Shown here piece after piece: positions 30,027-38,051 of a stretch of DNA of 64,000 nt (position 1 is the stretch's first letter; each line of letters opens with the position of its first letter). The DNA lies in sequence record NC_070950.1; one strand, 5' to 3'. The translations under genes and the position numbers were made by a program. A model generated the notes under the pieces. It was not told the DNA's origin, searched no databases, and saw nothing but the letters and a program-made list of their open reading frames with translations.

Positions 30027-30887
30027 CTAGATCCGACTTGGGACAGCGTTTCTGATGGCGTTGTATCTCCGATCCGGGTCAGAATACGTCATGAGTTTTA
30101 TCCAGCGAGTTTTAAACAATTCCTCGTACTGGTTAAGACTATCACGGTATTCGGCGATATCGTCACGGATAATATCAACCTGAACACCAGAACGAGCTAC
30201 GCCTTCGTCGACTTTGTACCGAACAGTTTTCCAAATGTAGTTCTTGGTCATCAGGATAACTAAGTCGCCGAACAGATCGTAAGCTCTTCGATGGATCGTG
30301 GATAAACCATCGTCGTAACTCAGGATAAGTTTACCTGTCAGGGAGAACACCCCACTCGGCGCTCCATGAATCACAAACGAGTTATTCCCGACGAGGGTTA
30401 TGTTCGTGAACGTCTGGGGGATTTCTCGGTTGGGTAACATCCCGTTGATCATGGAGTTCAGTGCGTCGTTGACAGTACCTACCCCGCAGGAGTCGGCATT
30501 GCCAAGTACGCTCATGATCCCACTGGAGGAATTCATCGCCCCCTGATAAACTTCCACAACCGAAATAATTTTCCGGCCGCCCGTCAGGAAATCAGGGACG
30601 TTAACCAGCTCCATCCCTTGGCCGAGATGTTCAATCCGAGATCCGGTTAAATCAATCAGCTCCGTCACCCCACCCTGGACATTACACCGGGGTAGGATGA
30701 TCGCATGTATAATTTTTTCTCGAATGCCTTGCTGAACGGTGGTCTGCGCGTACTGGTTATACCAGTTCCCGGTCAGATTCCCGTTAGGGTTCGAGAACGC
30801 AAGCTCCAACAGGTACTCAGGGATGTCACTCCCGTTGAGAACTTTGTTGATCGCGTAGTCCACGCAGTTCATAATCAACTCCCACAC
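30027..30887 (-). CDS. Probable conserved jumbo-phage protein, possibly virion, ~286 aa
   Basis: Long ORF co-oriented with 28528..30018. Confidence 0.65.
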   Translation of the reverse strand: MWELIMNCVDYAINKVLNGSDIPEYLLELAFSNPNGNLTGNWYNQYAQTTVQQGIREKIIHAIILPRCNVQGGVTELIDLTGSRIEHLGQGMELVNVPDFLTGGRKIISVVEVYQGAMNSSSGIMSVLGNADSCGVGTVNDALNSMINGMLPNREIPQTFTNITLVGNNSFVIHGAPSGVFSLTGKLILSYDDGLSTIHRRAYDLFGDLVILMTKNYIWKTVRYKVDEGVARSGVQVDIIRDDIAEYRDSLNQYEELFKTRWIKLMTYSDPDRRYNAIRNAVPSRI

Positions 30888-30899
30888 TGAGTTTCGGGA

Positions 30900-32030
30900 C
30901 TGGAGAAATTTCCGTCTCGATAAAAATTCAACTGAGAATTTTTACTCTGGGGTTTTCGGCGGTTATAATATTTCACTGCGGGAATTTAAAAACTCAACGG
31001 GTTTACGATCCCGTATGTTTTTGAGTTTTATTTCCCGTATAAAATACTCCGTGCCGTAAGACAACACCCCACAGAAAAAACCTCGCCTCCGGAAAAAATT
31101 CCTCGAAGGCGAGTTGCCATGATCTCACTCGAGCAAGAATCAATCCGACATACAATCCCAAGTGCTCCGATTTTTTTCTTCGGAATTTTGGTCGTTGGTA
31201 AATTTTTACATACAAATCTATTTTATATTTGTATTTTTCGCGTGCGCGGATATTCTAAATTTTCAAAGATAATCTAAAACCGATTCCGGTTCTGGGTTTT
31301 TATTTTTTCTGTGTTTTGATTTTCCAAATCCAATTTTCAAAAATCTAAATCTAAAAAATCTAAAATTTTAATACTCAAAAATCCAATTTTCCTAGGGGTC
31401 CTTATTACGCGTGCGTACGCCCGCACGCATATAAAAAATAAATATAATACGTAGTATTATATTTTCATTTGGTTTTATATTTTTAATTTATTAAAAATAT
31501 ATTAATATAAATTATTATAAATATTTTTATTAGTTTGTTTTTATAAAATATATATAAATATATATTTATATATATTTATATTCATTAGGCGCGCGCCAGC
31601 GCGTGTGTGCATGTGCGTGCGCGCACGCGTAATAGAGAAGGGGTTATAAAAATACAAGATTGACCCTGAGAGATTATCCAGAAAAAATCACACAGAGTAA
31701 AAATATTAACCGGAATGATTTTGAGAAGATTTAATACTCAACCTAGGAATTCGTATCAGTCGGATGAAAAAACGTTTTAGAAATCGATACAGGAATTTTT
31801 AGAGGGTATCCCGATCGAGTTCTCAGGAAAGATTATTCGGAGAATAAAAATATTTTAATCAAGATAATTAATTTTTACGGTAAGTTAGATTTATCGAGAC
31901 GAGAAGATTTAATCACAAAGTAATTTCTTACGGAGTAAATAATCTTCTGAACAGGACCGAGATCTCGAATAGCCAGATGGAAATTATCCATCCATTCGAA
32001 AGTTAACCTGAATTATCCCTAAGAGGCGAT
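30900..32030. other. 1.1-kb non-coding region, candidate replication origin or other cis-acting DNA site
   Basis: Near-pure AT core (about 31430-31585) with a 32-bp perfect palindrome; 13-bp inverted repeats at 31403 and 31622; AAATCT/AGATTT motif clusters on either side; no credible ORF. Confidence 0.5.
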
Positions 32031-32035
32031 ATCCT

Positions 32036-32770
32036 ATGCAACCAGCTAACCCATGGAAAAACAACAAGCACGTTAAATCACAAGACTCAGCAAGTGTTGA
32101 TCGTTACGAATCCCTGTTACAAGAATTACCTGATGCGTTGAATGCAACCCCTCGAGATCCCGGATATCTTATAGCGACTAAAAAGATTTTATTAGTCCTG
32201 GAAATGTCTGAAGGAACCCGACTGACCGTTCGCAACGTGATGGAAAATCCAGACATGATTCGTAAGGTCCACGAGTTGCTGGTGGAGTTAGGCTGGAAGC
32301 AAGCGATTAGCCGAGGGACTCAGGTTTTCGTCACTCACCAGGATTTAATTAAACCGAGTATCTACCGCTTAATCGACCTCGACGCTAATGGGATTGGTTA
32401 CGCTAACGAACTGCTGAATAATATTTTATTAGACCGTCGGTTCAGTGCTCGGGTAGACAATAACGATATTCGAATCCTCCCAGGAGACCGCAGCGCAAGT
32501 AACCCCTTTAGCCTGCTGTCGTCTAACGTCGTCAGTGGTTGGCGTAAAGCCATACGGGATTACGACAAAAACGTGACGGGTAATCTTATTGGACACATGA
32601 CGGTTGTCGGCGAAGACAATACGAATATCCCGCTTGATTTAAAACTGGTTTTCGCTCTGCTGGATTACATCGGGTGGCCAGAAATGTATTTTACTGGCGA
32701 ACAGATTTTATTGAGTAACCCCATTGGGGATTATCAGACCCTTGAGGTGAATTTCATCGACCCTGAGTAA
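32036..32770 (+). CDS. Hypothetical protein, 244 aa
   Basis: GAGG RBS; clean ORF. Confidence 0.75.
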   Translation: MQPANPWKNNKHVKSQDSASVDRYESLLQELPDALNATPRDPGYLIATKKILLVLEMSEGTRLTVRNVMENPDMIRKVHELLVELGWKQAISRGTQVFVTHQDLIKPSIYRLIDLDANGIGYANELLNNILLDRRFSARVDNNDIRILPGDRSASNPFSLLSSNVVSGWRKAIRDYDKNVTGNLIGHMTVVGEDNTNIPLDLKLVFALLDYIGWPEMYFTGEQILLSNPIGDYQTLEVNFIDPE

Positions 32771-33020
32771 TTCCTAACGACAGAGTGATGTTATTAGTAA
32801 AGATCTTTGGACTCCCTGTTGATTAACTAGCGACCCAACCTCATCTCTTTGAACCTCCTTACCACGAGCGAGATAGCCAAAGTAGCTAGAGATTTTCAGG
32901 GGGTTCAATCCCCATTATTCGTTAATCTTATTAGACCCATTGTCCTTAGCCATGTAGCGACGGCCATTCTCCTGTGACAGACAAGTTTTTGTTCAATGGG
33001 ATAGATTAACGTTTTTCTTC

Positions 33021-33097
33021 ACGTCGTGTTATCTGATGAGTCTTCGACGCTAAACAAGACGAAACCTAATGAATCTATTTTATTAGGTCATAATTCA
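33021..33097 (+). ncRNA. Type I hammerhead ribozyme, predicted cleavage after C33089 (GUC)
   Basis: Core CUGAUGA 33033-39 and GAAA 33061-64; stem II GUCUU/AAGAC; stem III ACCUAAU/AUUAGGU; stem I GUUAU/AUAAU; 5-bp pseudoknot of CGUCG 33022-26 with loop II CGACG 33045-49. Confidence 0.85.
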
Positions 33098-33640
33098 ACC
33101 TAAGCGTTGAACGGGCAGTTAGGGGCAATGGTCCCCGAGGTCTTCAGCTTCTTCGCCTGCCCGCACTAAAAAAGTTCTTTCATGATTAGGAGTGCCGCAC
33201 TCTACGAGCGGACAATAAGCAACCGAAAGTGGGAGAGAAAGAAGCGTGTCTGGTCGCTTGCCGGAAAGTTGGTTCAGGCGGGTTTCTTCCCAACCCAAAC
33301 GACGCTGCCCAAGATAGGGCTGCAAGTCGTATTAGCGAATTATACCGGTATGCGGGGTTTCCGCGATAAACCGGGTTAGCTACGGGTAAGAAACCGGCCG
33401 GAGTAATCAGCCTTTCGTATTCGGGTAACGTGAGTTATTGTAGAGATATCTCTGAGGGTTAGGCCAACCCCCGACGTTCTCCGAGTCCGAAGGGAAGCTT
33501 GCTCAGCTTCGTAGGAACTCCAAAATCTCAGACGGTCACACCTCGCAATCTTACGGCAGTATGATTGCCTATTCGTCCTTTGTCGCTCACCAAGGGGCGA
33601 GTAGGAAACCTCTGCCACGGCGTTTCGTTTGCCTTTTACC
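33090..33640 (+). ncRNA. Putative large structured non-coding RNA of unknown family
   Basis: Dense GC-rich nested helices (e.g. CGGGCAG 33112 / CTGCCCG 33157, GGGAGAGAAA / TTTCTTCCC, ACGAC/GTCGT, TCTGAG/CTCAGA, TCGCTC/GGGCGA) with no credible ORF. Confidence 0.55.
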
Positions 33641-33760
33641 ATTGCTTTTGTTATAACCTCTCTGTTTGAGTTGAGTGTTAACTTCCCCAAGAGTATAACC
33701 TGTTATCTCTCTCTTCGTGAGGAGTCGGAGATAATGGGGTAAATTCTTAGGAGGTTCGTT

Positions 33761-33949
33761 ATGTACACATACCAGTATACCGTGCGATACCGAATACCTA
33801 ATTCTGTGTTTACGACTTACAGCGGAGAAATTACTTCTGACTGTTTGCTCACTAACGCTAATCGCATCTTTGACGTTTTGCGCACTGAGGTTCATAAAGC
33901 TACTAACGTTAACTCGTTTAGCATTACGAACTTTAAGCTGAAAGAATAA
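33761..33949 (+). CDS. Small protein, 62 aa
   Basis: Strong AGGAGG RBS before the ATG; lies between two structured non-coding segments. Confidence 0.7.
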   Translation: MYTYQYTVRYRIPNSVFTTYSGEITSDCLLTNANRIFDVLRTEVHKATNVNSFSITNFKLKE

Positions 33950-34150
33950 GTCGAGCTACGCGCTCAACCTACCTTAGGGCCGGAAGTAGTTACGACTTAG
34001 GGGGAAAGAAGAGTCGTGCCTTTAAGTACCCCAACCCCATTCGTGTGGTGATCTTTCACATCATCCCATGAATATCGCCACATCATCATTAAAGTTCTAC
34101 CATGAATTTTTATTCCTTCCAGTAGGGTTCGGCCCTACTGGACTTTTTTC
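33950..34150 (+). ncRNA. Putative structured RNA segment ending in an intrinsic terminator
   Basis: Hairpins GAGC/GCTC, CTAC/GTAG, ACGACT/AGTCGT, TGTGGTGAT/ATCGCCACA; terminator TCCAGTAGGG-TTCGG-CCCTACTGGA-T6 at 34118-34149. Confidence 0.4.
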
Positions 34151-34280
34151 GCGTTTTTTAAATCGGCAGTTGTTTAATTATGTCAGAACTAGATTTTTTC
34201 AGTTCTAAATTATTACAATGTAAAGCAAAAGATAATGCTTTCCATTCCAACTATCATAATTTCTTTTAGGAGCTAGATCA

Positions 34281-35243
34281 ATGAGTACATTACGTGTTTA
34301 CGCGTGCGGCGGTACTGGTATTAATATTGCGTCTAAATGGATTGCCACCGGTGCGAATACGCTTATTCGTAAAGCCCAGTTCATTGGACTGGATAGCAGT
34401 GAAAACAACAAACCGTATAACGACGCCTTTAAGGTCGAACGTCCTGAAGGAACTCGTGGCGGTGGCAAAGAACGTAAGCTGATCGGTAAAATCGCTGCTG
34501 GGTTTATTGACAGTATTTTGACCAAACATAAACCGGGCGATTTCAACCTGATCATCATGAACGCGGCTGGCGCTACCGGGAGTACATTCGGCCCGACTCT
34601 GATCAACCGTCTTCTCTCTCAGGGCGTTCCGGTCATTGCGCTGGTCGTAGGCGACCTGACTTCTGAACTGGAAAACTACAACACGGTTAAAACGTTTGAA
34701 AGCTTGGACAACCAGCGCATCAATCTGAACGTACCGGTTATCATCGACTACGTGGACAACGCCAAATATCCCAGCCGCGGGTTGGCTGACAAATATGCCA
34801 TCGGCCGTCTTGATATCCTGAGCCTGTTCTTAACCGACGAACATGAAGAAAGCGATTTCCAAGACATCCGGAACCTGTTCTATTACAACCAGGTTACCAA
34901 GGCGGCGCCTACTCTTGCTCGTATCGACTTCTTGACCGATACTCAGTTAGACAACGTTACTCCGGGGCTGGTTGCTGAATTTGGTTTGTATCGTAAAGCG
35001 GACGATATCGGCAGCCATATTAAAAATCTGGCATACCGTTCGACCGGCGTTATTCAGGAAGGCAGCACTAACTTCCCAGCTGGAATAGAACATCTCCACA
35101 TGGTCTTTGATCATGATGCGACGATCAAAGATATCCTGGTTCTGGTTCAGGATCTTAAAGATATCGAGATCCAAAATAACGAACGTTTTAAATCTGCCCA
35201 GCAGGTTGGAAACGGCGGCGATGATTCTGGAATGTCCTACTAA
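34281..35243 (+). CDS. phuZ: PhuZ phage tubulin
   Basis: YACGGTGINI (T1 loop), NAAGATGST variant tubulin signature, acidic C-terminal tail DDSGMSY; 320 aa. Confidence 0.9.
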   Translation: MSTLRVYACGGTGINIASKWIATGANTLIRKAQFIGLDSSENNKPYNDAFKVERPEGTRGGGKERKLIGKIAAGFIDSILTKHKPGDFNLIIMNAAGATGSTFGPTLINRLLSQGVPVIALVVGDLTSELENYNTVKTFESLDNQRINLNVPVIIDYVDNAKYPSRGLADKYAIGRLDILSLFLTDEHEESDFQDIRNLFYYNQVTKAAPTLARIDFLTDTQLDNVTPGLVAEFGLYRKADDIGSHIKNLAYRSTGVIQEGSTNFPAGIEHLHMVFDHDATIKDILVLVQDLKDIEIQNNERFKSAQQVGNGGDDSGMSY

Positions 35244-35252
35244 GTAAAACAA

Positions 35253-35302
35253 TACTGCTACAGCCCTTCTATGGGGCTGTAGCAGTAGTTCTTTATTTTT
35301 TG
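35253..35302 (+). terminator. Intrinsic terminator after phuZ
   Basis: 14-bp stem TACTGCTACAGCCC / GGGCTGTAGCAGTA followed by a T-rich tract. Confidence 0.8.
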
Positions 35303-35357
35303 CATCTATCTATAGGTCTAATTAAAAAGTCGCTTATAAACCTTTACAGGAAGCTTT

Positions 35358-35663
35358 ATGATAAAAACAACCAGAGTGGTTAAAACGTTGAGTTTTCGCG
35401 AATATCATTCTGTGATACTTAATGTCGATAGTAACGTTGCTACAGCAGAAAGGTTGCTCCTCAAGGAGGCTTTAATCGAACACGGTTATCAGATCGACGA
35501 CGGGTTACCCGAGAGCTATCCTTATTATCCAGAATCACTAAGGGAATTCAGAGATATGTTGAAGACCAGTATCGGACACATGACTTTGGGAATTCCCACA
35601 AACGCCAAGGTCGAATACATCAGCCCTACACTTGGACTCTTTAATATCATTTTTACTTACTAA
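35358..35663 (+). CDS. Hypothetical protein, 101 aa
   Basis: AGGA RBS; first gene of a packed operon. Confidence 0.65.
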   Translation: MIKTTRVVKTLSFREYHSVILNVDSNVATAERLLLKEALIEHGYQIDDGLPESYPYYPESLREFRDMLKTSIGHMTLGIPTNAKVEYISPTLGLFNIIFTY

Positions 35664-35679
35664 CAGCAGGTGAGCTAAT

Positions 35680-36252
35680 ATGTACTCAGTGGGATCGGAA
35701 TGGCTTAAGGACCAAATTTTAACATTTGGTTATTCAGTAGAAGAAACTTCCGACGGGGACCCGAAGCAGTTAACGAGTTTTATTCGACCTATTATCGATG
35801 GTGTGGTCGAAGCGTTGAATGCGGACGACCCCGATGACATCTGGGATATTATCAGACGTTTTGAGCGGGCAATGGCGGGCAACCATGCCATCGAGCACAT
35901 CTTTAACTACCTTACTACTAATGTAAGAAAGATGGCTAAACAATCTGGTTACGACCCTAGGGTTAAGTTTAGGGTCAGAGAAGTCAAAGCGGGACGTCGG
36001 ATAAATTTCATTTTTGAAATGGACCTCGACGCAACAATAGCAGCGGTTAATTCTCTTAATCAAGAAATACTCGAAGAAGAAGATCTCGATGAAATTGTTT
36101 CCGATCACCCAGGAGTTGACGTACTTCAAAAACTTGAAAACGTTAGGAAAAGGGAACTACAAGAAAAACTTAATTCCTTTACACGAAATGTACTCGGAGT
36201 TCGTGTCGTACCAGCGGGAGCTAGCAGACGTTACCTTAATAAAGGAGTCTGA
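35680..36252 (+). CDS. Hypothetical protein, 190 aa
   Basis: AGGTG RBS; packed operon. Confidence 0.7.
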   Translation: MYSVGSEWLKDQILTFGYSVEETSDGDPKQLTSFIRPIIDGVVEALNADDPDDIWDIIRRFERAMAGNHAIEHIFNYLTTNVRKMAKQSGYDPRVKFRVREVKAGRRINFIFEMDLDATIAAVNSLNQEILEEEDLDEIVSDHPGVDVLQKLENVRKRELQEKLNSFTRNVLGVRVVPAGASRRYLNKGV

Positions 36253-36625
36253 TCTAGAAATCGTTTTTGGCGGATTGATACAGTACGTTATGGATGAGTT
36301 CCCCTTATCTGTTCGGTGTATAACTTTTGATCAAACTTCTTTCGATAAAAGGATAGCGAGAAAACATTATTCCTCGGAAGTACTTGAGGAAATATTGGAC
36401 GCAATGAAATGTGTAATAGCTAAACATATTTATGCGCTCACTCCTAATACTTTGATTAGAAAGCCTGTGTTTTATCATCTGATTAATACTCGCGTATTGG
36501 TGATCCATATAAGTGATTACGATCTAAGAGAGCCTGACAATGCATCGTATCCTCGTTCCAGTAAAACCCATCGCGGACGCAATGACGACCTTCCAACTCC
36601 CCGAGATTGGCGCGATGACACATAA
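36188..36625 (+). CDS. Hypothetical protein (start uncertain)
   Basis: In-frame ATG at 36188 within ORF 36089..36625. Confidence 0.55.
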   Translation: MYSEFVSYQRELADVTLIKESDLEIVFGGLIQYVMDEFPLSVRCITFDQTSFDKRIARKHYSSEVLEEILDAMKCVIAKHIYALTPNTLIRKPVFYHLINTRVLVIHISDYDLREPDNASYPRSSKTHRGRNDDLPTPRDWRDDT

Positions 36626-36908
36626 CCAGTTATTAGAAATGATTGTGAAATTGAGCTTAGAAGCTCGTTTTAAATCTTACGGGCTTTCTGGTGCGATTGA
36701 TATCATCAAGGATTTAATCTACGCGTTTAAACCAAAGGATTCAGTCCCAGACATTCTATTGGGTTTTTATCTCCTCCCGGGAATGGTCGCGTTAACGGAA
36801 GAAATGACTGCGATTGAGAAAGCCAGGGATGTTTTCGGATGGGACCTTTATTGTCCTAACATGAAGTCACAACATATCGTCGTCTATGCGGGAGAACCAC
36901 GTGCCTAA
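36582..36908 (+). CDS. Hypothetical protein (start uncertain)
   Basis: Overlapping packed ORF. Confidence 0.55.
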   Translation: MTTFQLPEIGAMTHNQLLEMIVKLSLEARFKSYGLSGAIDIIKDLIYAFKPKDSVPDILLGFYLLPGMVALTEEMTAIEKARDVFGWDLYCPNMKSQHIVVYAGEPRA

Positions 36909-37233
36909 GATAACTATTCAACTTGCAATACCGCCGGGAACCGATGTGGAAGGATTTGTTTCTGCATATGGTAGTCTCTTAAGAGCACATCGGGTTAAAT
37001 GTAACATCCCTAGTCAGGATGTTCAGCTTAACCATCCGTTGGAAGAAGCCCGGGAACAAATTCTGGGAGACTTCCAACGTACCAACTCCCAGCTTCAGTC
37101 GATCAGCGCTAAATACGCAGACGTCTCTGTGTCCAATGTTCTTTCAGACGGGCGCAAGATGACTATCATTTTAGCGTGCGACAAACCCAATAGTGAGTTC
37201 ATCAATGCGGATTTCTCACACCAGTCTCAATGA
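36901..37233 (+). CDS. Hypothetical protein (GTG start, MPKITIQ)
   Basis: GGAG RBS before GTG 36901. Confidence 0.6.
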   Translation: MPKITIQLAIPPGTDVEGFVSAYGSLLRAHRVKCNIPSQDVQLNHPLEEAREQILGDFQRTNSQLQSISAKYADVSVSNVLSDGRKMTIILACDKPNSEFINADFSHQSQ

Positions 37234-37522
37234 AGAAGCTTTCCTGGAGGCTATCAAACAAATTTATTTGAGAGATGACCCCCTTCCTTCTGATCAGACA
37301 ATTTACGAAGTCGTTTCCGAATGGGTTGATGATCTCTTTCAAAATGGTCATGTGGAAGAAGATGTCATTGATCTTTTTCTGGACGGACTCCCGCCTACAG
37401 AGCTTTTGAAATCTGTAACGGTGCATCCTCTTTTTAGGAAGCGGGTGGTTTATTCAGTCAATCCTTTAAATGGTATGACTGAAACTGTGGGCTTCCCCTT
37501 AATCATTCTGGAGTACGTATGA
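37193..37522 (+). CDS. Hypothetical protein, ~109 aa
   Basis: Packed ORF; stop overlaps the next ATG. Confidence 0.6.
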   Translation: MSSSMRISHTSLNEEAFLEAIKQIYLRDDPLPSDQTIYEVVSEWVDDLFQNGHVEEDVIDLFLDGLPPTELLKSVTVHPLFRKRVVYSVNPLNGMTETVGFPLIILEYV

Positions 37523-37932
37523 CCATTAGTGTGAAGAACGGGGATATCGTTAGTTTTTCCCTGGTACAAGCAAACATCATCAACAACGATTACACCAACG
37601 TAACCGTTTTAGGCCAAGGAATGTTCGACGTTGCTCGGGGAATTGATCCGGAGCTTCGCAATAAACATTACAACCTTTATCCGTATTTCAAGGATAAAGT
37701 TAACAATGTGGACGATCCTAACTACGCGGATGGTTATCTGATCTTAAAGCTATCCAACGGTGAGCTCAGCGCAATTGGGGTGCCTTGGATCAACGAAGAT
37801 ACCTTTGAGGTCATCAGCGGAGAAACCCGTGTTTACACATTCCCTACCTGGAAAAGTAAATATGAGTCAAGTCTGCATGAGCTCTTGGCTAACCTCGGCG
37901 TCGAATATTCCTATACCAGTACCAAAAAATAA
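37519..37932 (+). CDS. Hypothetical protein, 137 aa
   Basis: GGAG RBS, ATGA overlap, followed by a terminator. Confidence 0.7.
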   Translation: MTISVKNGDIVSFSLVQANIINNDYTNVTVLGQGMFDVARGIDPELRNKHYNLYPYFKDKVNNVDDPNYADGYLILKLSNGELSAIGVPWINEDTFEVISGETRVYTFPTWKSKYESSLHELLANLGVEYSYTSTKK

Positions 37933-37935
37933 ACC

Positions 37936-37990
37936 GTTACTCTCATCCCATTAGGGATGAGAGTAACCTCTTTTATTATTATTTTTTTAT
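37936..37990 (+). terminator. Intrinsic terminator
   Basis: GTTACTCTCATCCC-ATTA-GGGATGAGAGTAAC plus T tracts. Confidence 0.8.
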
Positions 37991-38051
37991 TGTCATTCCT
38001 TTTTATTAGACGAAAACAATTTTAAATTTTAAAGTGAAACGGAGCTTAAAG

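Noticed and set aside
31003-31215. 70-aa minus-strand ORF in the origin-like region
   Set aside because: Low-complexity A/T tracts, no convincing RBS; likely spurious
32865-32922. tRNA gene suggested by GGGGGTTCAATCCCC
   Set aside because: No proper anticodon arm, imperfect T-stem and acceptor pairing, no CCA; kept only as a low-confidence tRNA-like motif
33083-33115. Pistol ribozyme suggested by CCTAAGCGTTGA and upstream TTAGG
   Set aside because: Only 9 nt separate the would-be pseudoknot strands, with no room for P1 or P2; better explained as an alternative hairpin of the hammerhead
33119-33895. ORF-track entries 33119-, 33182+, 33376- and 33587-
   Set aside because: Short, mutually overlapping, no RBS and unnatural composition; the region is better explained as structured RNA plus the 33761 ORF
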